Source of the DNA: a virus
Taxonomy: Duplodnaviria; Caudoviricetes
Virus record (IMG/VR): IMGVR_UViG_3300032285_003957
Location: 96,001 to 160,000 of that record
Reading direction: 5' to 3' (one strand)
DNA: 64,000 nucleotides
Part shown: positions 47,595-57,564 of the stretch, piece by piece
Layout: each line of letters starts with the position of its first letter
Position numbering within the stretch: the first letter of the stretch is position 1
Made by a program: the position numbers and the translations under genes
The notes under the pieces: model-generated
Told to the model about the DNA's origin: nothing
Database searches by the model: none
What the model saw: only the letters and a program-made list of their open reading frames with translations

Positions 47595-50500
47595 TATTCC
47601 GGGTAATGAAAATATACTTGTTAAAGTAGACCAAAACAACATCGTATTTATTGACCCCAATAGCGTTGTTGAGAATGGTGATGTTAAAACAAGAAATGTC
47701 CAACAAGAAAATCTTGTTATCTATGTTAATTTAGAAGCGGATTTAATTGAAAGAACTGTATTGGCAGTTAACAATACTGAAGAACCTTCAGCAAAATCCT
47801 CATTGTTATCTGTTGCTAAGGGAACGTTAAACATGTTAAAAAATAACAATGGTAATGATTTTGATACAACATGGACAAATTCATTTATTGAGAATACAAA
47901 AACTACAACAAACAATGGTAAAACAACCAAAACATTTGTTGATAGTATGGCAGATTCATCTGCACAATCATTCGGTATTGAAAGTGTTAATATAACAATT
48001 GCAGGTGCTAACTTTATACCACAAATCAACATCAACTTTATTGATGTTAGAGGGAAGACATTATTTGAGTCACCAAAGAACTCACCATATTCAGCATTTT
48101 TCCATTTACCTTGGCCAATATTTTATTTAACGGTTAAGGGGTTTTATGGTAAAGCAATTAGATACAGATTACACTTAGTTGATTTTTCATCATCATTTAA
48201 TGGAACAACGGGTAACTTTGATATCAACACAACATTTGTTGGTTCAACGTATGCGTATTTGAATGATATCCCATTAGACGGTGCGTTCACCGCTCCATAT
48301 CTTTATTCAATTGAAAAAGATAGAAAATCAACAACAGTTGAAAAACAAGTAACAAACAATGGTAAAACGACAACCGAAAAAACAACAACAACAAAAATTA
48401 ACATCTCTAAGAATTCCAAAGGATACCAAATGTTACATTCGGTATATCAGGAATATATTCAAAAGGGGTTACTACCTAAAAATTTTAGAACAATCACATT
48501 AAGCGAATTGGTGAATAAAGCCAAAAGCTTGGATATGGTTATTGAACAATCAATTTTTAAAGGTGTTGATGCTAAAGTTTTTGCAGGTATAAAAGAATAT
48601 GAGGATACGTTAAATGATTTTGAAACATCATTAAATGCGTGGAAATCTTCTTATACCGATACCAAACCAATAACTGTAGGTAATAAAGTTTATTACCCAT
48701 TAAAAGCAAGTCTTAACGGAAAAACTGATTCTGTTTTTAACACAAGCGACGCAAATTCGTTGGTTAGTATTTTAAAATCTTATCCTGAAAAATTATCTAA
48801 ATCTGCAATTTTCATTGATAAATTTGTTAAAGATAAAACTAACGCTTCATTTAAAGGATTGTCGTTCGTTTATAAAAATTATATACAAGATGTTGGGAAA
48901 TATACATTAGAAGATAGTCCAAATTTCTTGGTTAACATCAGTGGAGACGAAACAAATCCAACAAGTATATTAAATGACTTGTATAGAATGTTCGCATCGT
49001 TTGTTGAACAAAGAGATAAGTTTCAGAAAAAAATTGAAGAATTAATCAATAACGTAATTAGAGATTCTAAAACAGGTTTAGGATTTGAACCAACGGTAAG
49101 AAACGTTATTGGTGTTTTATTAGCAAATGCGGATGTGTATGTTAGATTATTAAAAGATGTTCATACAAGAGCATTTAACGCAGGTGCAAAACGAAAAGAT
49201 AAAGTTACTCCGATGTGTAATGAAACAATCGGTAAAAATGAAGTTTATCCTTGGCCTGAAATCACAAAAGCCTCATCAGGTAGTAAACAAAAAGTAATTG
49301 TATATCCGGGTGACGAAAGTATGTATAGAACATTGGGTTCAAATGACCCATCATTATGGCCAGAGGTTGAGTTTGTTGAAAACTATATTGCTGTATCAAC
49401 AAAAAGAGTTGACCCAAAAGCAGACAAAGAAGGTGGTGTTAATAAAGTGGATTTTGTTTTTGAACAAGATGAAAAGTATTCTAAAACAAAAAGAATATCT
49501 ACATTATTTCAATTGTGGGATGACGCACCTTATGTTAATAAAACCTTAAGTTCGGTATTATTTGAAATTTGGGAAAGAGCAAGATATGCTACTTTTTATG
49601 ATTCATATGATTTAAAGGTTGTCGAAGAAATTGCAAAAATAGAATCGGAAAATTTAAAAGAATGTATAACTGAAGATTTGGACATTATTGAAATGTTAAA
49701 ATCGGTATTAACAGTTAATAAAGATGATAACGCTGCAGGCATTACCGATTCATATCATAAATTTTTAGCATATTTGGATAGTTTTTCACCATTTGAAAGA
49801 GCACCTTATCTAAAAGATTTTTTACCAACAGTTCCATATGTTAAGGATATTATAACACAGTCATTTACATTAGAACAATATGGTGATGCAACGATTTTTG
49901 TAAATAACGATAAGGATTATCCAAAATTAAGCACGTTTATAAAATCATATGAACCTGAAAAATACAGAGCAGACATATATCCATTCAAGTCACCAACTTA
50001 TTTGTCATATCTTAATTTAACTAAGTTTGATAAGGTTAAACAATTAAGAATGTCCAACATATTGAATGTGAACACTGAAGATGGTTTAATTAGCACATCG
50101 AACAATTTAAAATGGGTTAAAAGCGGATTTGAGGATAATTTATTTAAAAACCAAATTACATTCCCTAACCAAACAAAGGTTCATATTTTAAACACACCAT
50201 ATTTTCATAAAGCATTACTTTATGATGTATCAAGACCTGTATCATATGCAAAATATGTTGGTTCAGCTTATTTGTTATTGAACTCATTACCATTTAAGGA
50301 CTTATCTGACACAATGATTGATGAGACAACAAAGAGTGAGGTGATGTTATCAACAATGTTTAAAGAAGCTGGTGCTTCTCATACAATACCATATCATTTA
50401 ATTTGTAAGTGGGGTTCAATATATCATAGATATAAAAACTATGTTTTAGACGGCGGTGATATTTTATCAGGATTTACAACAAGTAATATGATAAACCCAA

Positions 50501-53367
50501 TAAGCGGTTCAACGGCTTTTGATGACAATGCGGGTTTAACATATGTATTGTATGGCAAGAACGTATCAGATGATACCAATGATATTGGTATTCATCCATT
50601 TTATGATGATGTTTTTTATCAAGTTGTAAATGGTTATAGTTTCTTTGACCCACATGCGGGTAGTGTTGAATACAACGAAAAAATTGATAATGGAATTGTT
50701 AAAAACAGAATCAGAACAAAAGTAGGAACAAGGTATTACACCAATTATATTCAAAATTTTAATATTGACGCTACGGATGCTTTTTATACGTTACTACCAT
50801 GTGATGGCGCAAATACGCCTGATACAAATTTAAATGTAAACAAAGATTTAGCATTAGATGCTCAAAATGGTTATAGAATATTATGGTATACTGGTGAAAC
50901 GGCTAATGTAGATTATTCTAACAAAAAAATACCAAGCCCTTATGAATATATGTCAACACTTGTAACAGGTGGCACAAGAAACGGTGATAATATCTATGGG
51001 TTTGCTGACAACTACAGAAAAGTTATTGATTTAATTGCGACGTTTAGTCCTGAAATATTAGACAAGTTTGAAGAAACATTTTTAGAATTTGCATCTGAAA
51101 ATTTAAACTTAGAAATACCTTATGTTAGATATCCAAATGTCAGCATGAGTAAATTCCAAGATTTATTGAAATCCATTGTTACGGTAGGTAAGTCTAATAT
51201 TACTTCAACAGAAACGGATGCGGTTATTAAAGAGTTGAGTGAAAAACAAGGTGCAAGACTTAAAACAATGACCACAGCTATGCTTGCACAAAATAGTTTA
51301 ATGAAACTTACAATATCAAATCCAAAAGATATTGATATTAACATTTTAGGTGGATTTGTTGGCTTTGAAAAAATTAGAACATCATATGGTCCATATCAGG
51401 AATACAAATACGAAGACAACAAAAAATATATCGATTTATACATCGGGGAAGAATTAGACATAACTAAAAAGTATAAAAGATTCTTCATGGATAATAACAT
51501 TGACCTCAATGAACAAAATGTTAGAGCGCTAAGACCATTGGTTTATATATATGCAGGTGGGATGGCACATAACTTTAATACCCCTGAGGGATTTAAAGTT
51601 TATTTGACGGAAAATATTATCCTTCCTTATACAACAAGAAATAGATTATTCATCGATTTAATTATTAGAGGATTTAAAGATTTGCAAAATACAAACGGCG
51701 GAAGTCCGTTAAGTTTATACAAAGGTTATAATACCGAAATCAACAAAATAAACATGTATAGTGATTTTAAATCATTTAACGATAAATGGGTTGCAGGTAA
51801 CTCAATCGGTCAGCGTTTATTATTAGAAGAATTTTTGTTTATCGATAGAGCAAACAGAGATATTGGTGATAACGCTTATGTTGATATTGGTAAAATCATT
51901 TCACTTGACGACTCCCAAAATACTAAAACATCAATATATAGTGCAATAGGGACACTCATTGAAGGTTCTAACTTTATATTCAGAGGATTACCTGCGTATG
52001 TAAATTTCTACGGCTCAAATTTATCTACCAAATCAAAATTGGAAGGTTCTAAAAAAACAGCAAGAAATATTTTTGGAACATTCTTGGAAGTAGATTACCA
52101 AGAAGCAAGTCCAAAGATGATTATTCAATACGTTGGCCCAACATCAAAACATCTTGATATGGAATATATTCAAGACAAGATGAAATTTAAAAATGATAGC
52201 GGTAATTTATTTGACATGAACGCAAGTCCATTAATCATTACCAATAACGATATTCTAAAAACAGGAGATTTAAATAAATCAAATAAGGTTGTTGCGTTTG
52301 AAATTAGTATTGGTGACCAAGCAAATGGTTTGTTTAAAGGAATAAAACTTGACCAAGCAACGTTAAGAAATTCATATGCATCACAAATTGTAAATGAAAA
52401 CATGGGTCGTTCTGAAACTGGTTCGGGTGTTTATCAAGTTGATATCGGGTTGTTTGACATATACAGACAAGTATCCTATACTTGCGAAGTAACAATGATG
52501 GGATGTGCAATGATACAACCGTCCATGTATTTCTATTTGAAAAATGTTCCAATGTTTAAGGGTTCATATTGGATTACGGAAGTAAAACATAACATTAGAA
52601 ATAATGGTATGGAAACATCCTTTACGGGATATAGAATGCCATATGCTGCATTACCTGACCCTAAGGATTCAATCATGTTAGCTTATAGAGCATTATTCGA
52701 ATCAATAACTAATAAAGCAATAGCGTTAGTTAAATCTGAAAATACAAACATTGCAAGCAAATCAAATGTTGCGACTCAAAACGATAAAAATATTATAGAC
52801 CAAAAAGGTAAACAAAAAACAATCAACGAAGGTGACCCTAAAGCATTACCTAAAAACTTTGTTGAAACCAAAATTAATAAATCCGATTTATACAATGAGG
52901 TTATACCTTATAATGGTTACGAAGGTGAAAAGCTTATTCAATTAGTTAAACTTGAAGATGGTGTTGAATGGTTAAAAGCAGTTGCATGCACATTGGGTGG
53001 TAAAAATAATTCACTTGACGATAATACAGCATTCTATATTGCCACTTTCGCTTCAGGAACTCAAACAACATGGAAAAATTTGAAAGGATTTACAGATACA
53101 GCCAGTATGTATACAACAAAATTCAAACAAGACCATTTGAATGAATTACAAATAACCAATTTACAAAACAAGAGCACAGTATTTTTAAACCCGTATAATA
53201 ATAAAACATTGAATGTAACACATTCATTATGTCCTAATTGTCCAATCCCTAACGGACCAATTGGTATAGGGCCAAATAGCAACAAGTATGGTATTGCATT
53301 ATCTAAAGCAGCTATGTCTCGTTTAGGGTTATACGAAGGTCAAACAGTTTATTTCAGGTTTAAATAG
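47581..53367 (+). CDS. Very large baseplate hub protein (gp27/VgrG-like, 1928 aa)
   Basis: FGIESVNI...ININFIDVRG near the N-terminus; YTCEVTMMGCAMIQP...GSYWITEVKHNI...TSFTG near the C-terminus. Confidence 0.65.
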   Translation: MANSNIPGNENILVKVDQNNIVFIDPNSVVENGDVKTRNVQQENLVIYVNLEADLIERTVLAVNNTEEPSAKSSLLSVAKGTLNMLKNNNGNDFDTTWTNSFIENTKTTTNNGKTTKTFVDSMADSSAQSFGIESVNITIAGANFIPQININFIDVRGKTLFESPKNSPYSAFFHLPWPIFYLTVKGFYGKAIRYRLHLVDFSSSFNGTTGNFDINTTFVGSTYAYLNDIPLDGAFTAPYLYSIEKDRKSTTVEKQVTNNGKTTTEKTTTTKINISKNSKGYQMLHSVYQEYIQKGLLPKNFRTITLSELVNKAKSLDMVIEQSIFKGVDAKVFAGIKEYEDTLNDFETSLNAWKSSYTDTKPITVGNKVYYPLKASLNGKTDSVFNTSDANSLVSILKSYPEKLSKSAIFIDKFVKDKTNASFKGLSFVYKNYIQDVGKYTLEDSPNFLVNISGDETNPTSILNDLYRMFASFVEQRDKFQKKIEELINNVIRDSKTGLGFEPTVRNVIGVLLANADVYVRLLKDVHTRAFNAGAKRKDKVTPMCNETIGKNEVYPWPEITKASSGSKQKVIVYPGDESMYRTLGSNDPSLWPEVEFVENYIAVSTKRVDPKADKEGGVNKVDFVFEQDEKYSKTKRISTLFQLWDDAPYVNKTLSSVLFEIWERARYATFYDSYDLKVVEEIAKIESENLKECITEDLDIIEMLKSVLTVNKDDNAAGITDSYHKFLAYLDSFSPFERAPYLKDFLPTVPYVKDIITQSFTLEQYGDATIFVNNDKDYPKLSTFIKSYEPEKYRADIYPFKSPTYLSYLNLTKFDKVKQLRMSNILNVNTEDGLISTSNNLKWVKSGFEDNLFKNQITFPNQTKVHILNTPYFHKALLYDVSRPVSYAKYVGSAYLLLNSLPFKDLSDTMIDETTKSEVMLSTMFKEAGASHTIPYHLICKWGSIYHRYKNYVLDGGDILSGFTTSNMINPISGSTAFDDNAGLTYVLYGKNVSDDTNDIGIHPFYDDVFYQVVNGYSFFDPHAGSVEYNEKIDNGIVKNRIRTKVGTRYYTNYIQNFNIDATDAFYTLLPCDGANTPDTNLNVNKDLALDAQNGYRILWYTGETANVDYSNKKIPSPYEYMSTLVTGGTRNGDNIYGFADNYRKVIDLIATFSPEILDKFEETFLEFASENLNLEIPYVRYPNVSMSKFQDLLKSIVTVGKSNITSTETDAVIKELSEKQGARLKTMTTAMLAQNSLMKLTISNPKDIDINILGGFVGFEKIRTSYGPYQEYKYEDNKKYIDLYIGEELDITKKYKRFFMDNNIDLNEQNVRALRPLVYIYAGGMAHNFNTPEGFKVYLTENIILPYTTRNRLFIDLIIRGFKDLQNTNGGSPLSLYKGYNTEINKINMYSDFKSFNDKWVAGNSIGQRLLLEEFLFIDRANRDIGDNAYVDIGKIISLDDSQNTKTSIYSAIGTLIEGSNFIFRGLPAYVNFYGSNLSTKSKLEGSKKTARNIFGTFLEVDYQEASPKMIIQYVGPTSKHLDMEYIQDKMKFKNDSGNLFDMNASPLIITNNDILKTGDLNKSNKVVAFEISIGDQANGLFKGIKLDQATLRNSYASQIVNENMGRSETGSGVYQVDIGLFDIYRQVSYTCEVTMMGCAMIQPSMYFYLKNVPMFKGSYWITEVKHNIRNNGMETSFTGYRMPYAALPDPKDSIMLAYRALFESITNKAIALVKSENTNIASKSNVATQNDKNIIDQKGKQKTINEGDPKALPKNFVETKINKSDLYNEVIPYNGYEGEKLIQLVKLEDGVEWLKAVACTLGGKNNSLDDNTAFYIATFASGTQTTWKNLKGFTDTASMYTTKFKQDHLNELQITNLQNKSTVFLNPYNNKTLNVTHSLCPNCPIPNGPIGIGPNSNKYGIALSKAAMSRLGLYEGQTVYFRFK

Positions 53368-53412
53368 AAATAATAAGATTATTGGGATATTTATATTAAT
53401 AAAAAGAATATT

Positions 53413-53616
53413 ATGGAAAATAATAGATTAAACAATGCAATGGATCAATTCTTACAACCAAAACAAGTTAAGAGAGTATCTCAAGACGGTATGGAAAGAG
53501 AAGAGTGTGATTTAATGACAGGCGAATGTTATACAATCAGAGAAAAAGACGGTATAGTTGAAAGAATAAATAAAAGATACATTACCAACGACGGTAGACA
53601 ATTATTACAAGATTAA
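53413..53616 (+). CDS. Small hypothetical protein
   Basis: 67 aa; TATTTAT upstream. Confidence 0.6.
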   Translation: MENNRLNNAMDQFLQPKQVKRVSQDGMEREECDLMTGECYTIREKDGIVERINKRYITNDGRQLLQD

Positions 53617-53619
53617 GCT

Positions 53620-54300
53620 ATGTTAGAACAAAAATTACAAGAAGAATTAAATCGTTATAAAGCCATTAACAAATATGGTAAAAAAATGATTATGGAACAA
53701 GACGCACCGCCAGATGCAGCAGCAGGCGCAGCGCCTCCAGACCCTTCAGCGGCGGCAGCACCGGACCCATCGGCAGGAGCAGCGGCAGCACCTGACCCTT
53801 CAGCAGCACCCGCACCAGGTGGTGCAACTCCCCCTCCTGCAGCAGGCGCAGCAGCACCGGCAGCGGATAAAACTGAAGAATTAGATATTACTGATTTAGT
53901 TGATATGGTGAAAAGTATTAAAAACCATCAAGAACAATCAGGAAATGGTGATTCTGAAGCAACAAGCAAAATGGATGACGTATTCTCTAAATTAAACGAT
54001 TTAGAAAGTAAGTTAGGTGTTATGGACCAATTGATTAATAAAATTGACCAATTAGGTTCAGAAGTTAAGCAAATGAAACCAAAAACAGAACAAGAGAAAT
54101 TAGAGATGCGTTCATTGGATTCATATCCGTTTAACCAAAATCCTCAGCAATTCTTTGCACAAAAGCAACCTGAAATGCAAGCAACAGGTAAAAACGAATA
54201 TGTGTTAACTAAGAATGATGTTAATGATTACTCAAATAATATGATAAGAGACACCTTCGGTGGTGAAAATAATACTAACGAAGATGAATTTAAGTTCTAA
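53620..54300 (+). CDS. Hypothetical protein with Pro/Ala-rich repeats and coiled coil (putative head protein)
   Basis: KLQEELNRYKAIN N-terminal tag; (A)AAPDPS x3. Confidence 0.6.
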   Translation: MLEQKLQEELNRYKAINKYGKKMIMEQDAPPDAAAGAAPPDPSAAAAPDPSAGAAAAPDPSAAPAPGGATPPPAAGAAAPAADKTEELDITDLVDMVKSIKNHQEQSGNGDSEATSKMDDVFSKLNDLESKLGVMDQLINKIDQLGSEVKQMKPKTEQEKLEMRSLDSYPFNQNPQQFFAQKQPEMQATGKNEYVLTKNDVNDYSNNMIRDTFGGENNTNEDEFKF

Positions 54301-54655
54301 TGTAAATTTCTTTTTGGGGCTACAATGCCAAATAAAAATAATGCACTGGCAAACTAAGGGTTATGCAAGACATAAAGCTTTGGACGATACATTTGGTGAA
54401 TTATTAGATTTGGTAGATACCTTTGTTGAAGAAGCAATGGGTAAGTATGGTCGCTTTAAATTAGATGATGAAACTAATACAATAAAATTAGCAAACTTAA
54501 GTGAACTTGACCCTAAAGCAATGGTTAAAACAGTTTGCGAAGCATTAATACAAATAACAGACCAAGTTGAAGAAACGGATACAAATTTATTAAACGTAAG
54601 AGACGAAATGTTAGGCTTATTTAATAAATTAAACTATCTTTTAACTTTAGAATAA
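54284..54655 (+). CDS. Ferritin/Dps-like four-helix protein (DUF5856-like)
   Basis: IKIMHWQTKGYARHKALDD...LVDTFVEEAMG...NVRDEML. Confidence 0.7.
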   Translation: MNLSSNVNFFLGLQCQIKIMHWQTKGYARHKALDDTFGELLDLVDTFVEEAMGKYGRFKLDDETNTIKLANLSELDPKAMVKTVCEALIQITDQVEETDTNLLNVRDEMLGLFNKLNYLLTLE

Positions 54656-54668
54656 AAACAATTTAAAA

Positions 54669-55544
54669 ATGATATCAGGATCAGCAGCAGCATCTGCATC
54701 TAGCACAACAAGGGGAACCTTATCATATATAAACAATTTAATAACTGGTGCAACATTATCCGGTTCATACACTGTTTATGCAAATGAAAAAACCATGGAC
54801 GATAACATGGCCTATGTGTTAAGAACAACATATGGTTATAATGTAACCAAACTAAATGAATTTATGGGGACACTTTCTGAATATTCAATCAATTGGGGCG
54901 GACCTGCAGCAAGTTCAGGAACAATATTATTTAACGGACAAGACCCGACTAACAATGGTTCATACGTTTCAGCACCAAGAGCAACTATTGCAACATGGTT
55001 ACCAGGAAATGATGACTTCACAGTAGAGTGGTTCCAATATCAAACACAATTAACATCACACCCAAGAGTGTTCTCTATTGGTCCTGATACAACACCAAAA
55101 TATGGTGTTAGTATTGAAGGAAATAGCATATATACATGGCCAGGAGGAAATGCATATGCTATAGGAAAGACATATCAAAATACTTGGATACATGTTGCGC
55201 TTGTAAGAACTTCAGGTTCAACTAAATGTTATATCGATGGAACACAAGTAGGAACAGCACAATCTAATGCTGTTACAATAAGTGGAGCAACATATGACTT
55301 CTTTATTGGTGCGGATGGATTGTCAGCGGGTGATGGATTCCCTGGTAAAATTACTAACTTCCGTTGGACAAATTCAGCGGTTTACAGCTCAAACTTTACA
55401 AGACCAAGCTCACCATTGACAGTATTACCACAAACTAAGTTATTATTATTAGGTGGTTCTCCTGCGAACCCTGTGGTGGATTCAACGGGAATCAATACAT
55501 TGACAAACTTCAATACAACATGGGGGCCTGAGTCACCATTCTAA
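54669..55544 (+). CDS. LamG/concanavalin A-like lectin domain protein
   Basis: DFTVEWF, WIHVALVR, CYIDG, GKITNFRW, TKLLL. Confidence 0.8.
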   Translation: MISGSAAASASSTTRGTLSYINNLITGATLSGSYTVYANEKTMDDNMAYVLRTTYGYNVTKLNEFMGTLSEYSINWGGPAASSGTILFNGQDPTNNGSYVSAPRATIATWLPGNDDFTVEWFQYQTQLTSHPRVFSIGPDTTPKYGVSIEGNSIYTWPGGNAYAIGKTYQNTWIHVALVRTSGSTKCYIDGTQVGTAQSNAVTISGATYDFFIGADGLSAGDGFPGKITNFRWTNSAVYSSNFTRPSSPLTVLPQTKLLLLGGSPANPVVDSTGINTLTNFNTTWGPESPF

Positions 55545-55569
55545 TAACAAAAATACATTTAAAATAATT

Positions 55570-55600
55570 AAGCCCGGATTTTTTAATTCGGGTTTTTTTA
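55570..55600 (+). terminator. Rho-independent terminator
   Basis: GCCCGGA/TTCGGGT stem plus T tract. Confidence 0.75.
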
Positions 55601-55643
55601 TTTATATTTTCTTATAACAATTTTCTAATTAAAATTTTTTATT

Positions 55644-56489
55644 ATGTCAACATTTGATGCAGTTCTCGCTCAATACGAGAAAAACAAAAACGCCGCAAGC
55701 GGCAGCGCAAACAAGATGTCTCAAGAAGACAGATTAAAACGTTATTTCACAACAGTATTACCTAAAGGGGTAAGAAATGAAGAAAGACGTATCCGTATTT
55801 TACCTACAAGTGATGGTTCATCACCATTTAAAGAGGTAAATTTCCATGAAATCCAAGTGGATGGTAAATGGACAAAATTATACGACCCTGCTCAAGAAGG
55901 GAAGCGTTCTCCTTTAAATGAAGTTAGAGAAGCTTTAAGTATGACAGGTATTGAAGCTGACAGAGAGTTAGCTCGTCAATATCGTTCTCGCAAGTTTTTT
56001 ATTGTTAAGGTAATCGATAGAGACCACGAAGAAGATGGTCCTAAGTTTTGGAGATTTAAAAACAATGTTAAACAAGATGGTATCTTAGACAAGATTTTCC
56101 CAATCTTCCAAAAGAAAGGTGACATTACCCACCCTGAAACAGGTAGAGATTTAACTTTATTTTTATCTTTAACTAAAGCAGGAACAGGTAAAGAATACAC
56201 AACAATCAATTCAGTAATTCCTGAAGACCCAAGTCCATTACATGCGGACGCAAATGTTGCAAAAACATGGGTTGAAGATCCTGCAACTTGGTCTGATGTT
56301 TACTCTAAAAAGAGTGAAGATTATCTTGACATGGTTGCTAAAGGTGAAGTTCCACGTTGGGATTCAGTTACAGGTAAATGGGTTTCAAACTCACAAGCTG
56401 AAGAAACTTTAGGTGCACCACAAAAAACAGTAACAACTGTTGAGGACCCACAAGAAAACGACGAAGCGGACGAGGACTTACCGTTCTAA
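55644..56489 (+). CDS. ssDNA-binding protein (T4 gp32-like)
   Basis: RIRILP, KFWRF, GDITHPETGRDL; acidic tail DEDLPF. Confidence 0.8.
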   Translation: MSTFDAVLAQYEKNKNAASGSANKMSQEDRLKRYFTTVLPKGVRNEERRIRILPTSDGSSPFKEVNFHEIQVDGKWTKLYDPAQEGKRSPLNEVREALSMTGIEADRELARQYRSRKFFIVKVIDRDHEEDGPKFWRFKNNVKQDGILDKIFPIFQKKGDITHPETGRDLTLFLSLTKAGTGKEYTTINSVIPEDPSPLHADANVAKTWVEDPATWSDVYSKKSEDYLDMVAKGEVPRWDSVTGKWVSNSQAEETLGAPQKTVTTVEDPQENDEADEDLPF

Positions 56490-56544
56490 TTATTAATGGA
56501 GGGGTGGAGATAACGTCAGAAACCCCATTTTTAAAAACAATTTT

Positions 56545-57549
56545 ATGGGTATAAAGAAAAATAAATTTAATTCGGACGACATAAAGAAAAAATTCTCATC
56601 GACAACAAAATATAAAGAAGCAAGTTTTTATAATTGCGGTGAGGCTTTTTTAAGAGCAACAGGTTTACCGGGTCCTATTATGGGTGGTATTAATATGTTG
56701 TTAGGTCACTCTAATACATCCAAAACAACTGCATTAATTTTAGCTGCGGCAGATGCACAAAAGAAAGGTCATCTTCCTGTATTCATTATTACTGAAAAGA
56801 AATGGAATTGGGAACACGCCGTTCAATTAGGATTACAAGCAGAAAAAGATGAGAATGGTGAATGGGTTGGAGACTTCATTTTTAACGATAGCTTTGAATA
56901 TATTGAGCAAATTACTGACTTCATGAACGAAGTATTAGATGCTCAAGAAAAAGGAGATTTAGACCAATCAATTTTATTCTTATGGGACTCAGTTGGTTCT
57001 GTTCCTTGTAAGATGACATTTGAAGGTAAAGGTGGTAAGCAACATAATGCTGCAGCCTTAGCTGACAAAATTGGTATGGGTCTTCATTCAAGAATTTCAA
57101 AATCTAAAAAAGAAGATTATCCAACAAAAGAAAACCCATTATACAGCACATTGATTGTTGTTAACCAACCTTGGGTAGATTTACCAGATAATCCATTTGG
57201 ACAACCTGAAATCAAAGCAAAAGGTGGTGAAGCATTATGGTTAGCATCATCATTTGTATTCTTATTTGGTAATCAAAAGAAAGCGGGTATCAATCATATT
57301 GACGCAACTAAAGACGGAAGAAAAGTTGCATTTGCTATCAGAACTAAAATCTCAGTATTAAAAAACCACGTAAATGGTTTACAATATAAAGACGGTAAGG
57401 TGATTGCCGTTCCAACGGGTTATATTGATGATACAAAAGAAGCTTTAGAGGAATACAAGAAAGAATATTCAAAAAATTGGAAGGACAGTATGGGTAACAT
57501 AACTCCTCTTGAATTATTTGAAAACGAAGAAGACAATATTGAAGAATAA
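56545..57549 (+). CDS. RecA/UvsX-like recombinase
   Basis: Walker A-like GHSNTSKT, FLWDSVGS, VVNQ, KGGEAL, KNHVNG. Confidence 0.85.
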   Translation: MGIKKNKFNSDDIKKKFSSTTKYKEASFYNCGEAFLRATGLPGPIMGGINMLLGHSNTSKTTALILAAADAQKKGHLPVFIITEKKWNWEHAVQLGLQAEKDENGEWVGDFIFNDSFEYIEQITDFMNEVLDAQEKGDLDQSILFLWDSVGSVPCKMTFEGKGGKQHNAAALADKIGMGLHSRISKSKKEDYPTKENPLYSTLIVVNQPWVDLPDNPFGQPEIKAKGGEALWLASSFVFLFGNQKKAGINHIDATKDGRKVAFAIRTKISVLKNHVNGLQYKDGKVIAVPTGYIDDTKEALEEYKKEYSKNWKDSMGNITPLELFENEEDNIEE

Positions 57550-57564
57550 TAAACAAAATTTAAA

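Noticed and set aside
56349-56362. Second parS-like match (GTTCCACGTTGG)
   Set aside because: Half-site only, inside the ssb coding sequence (VPRW).
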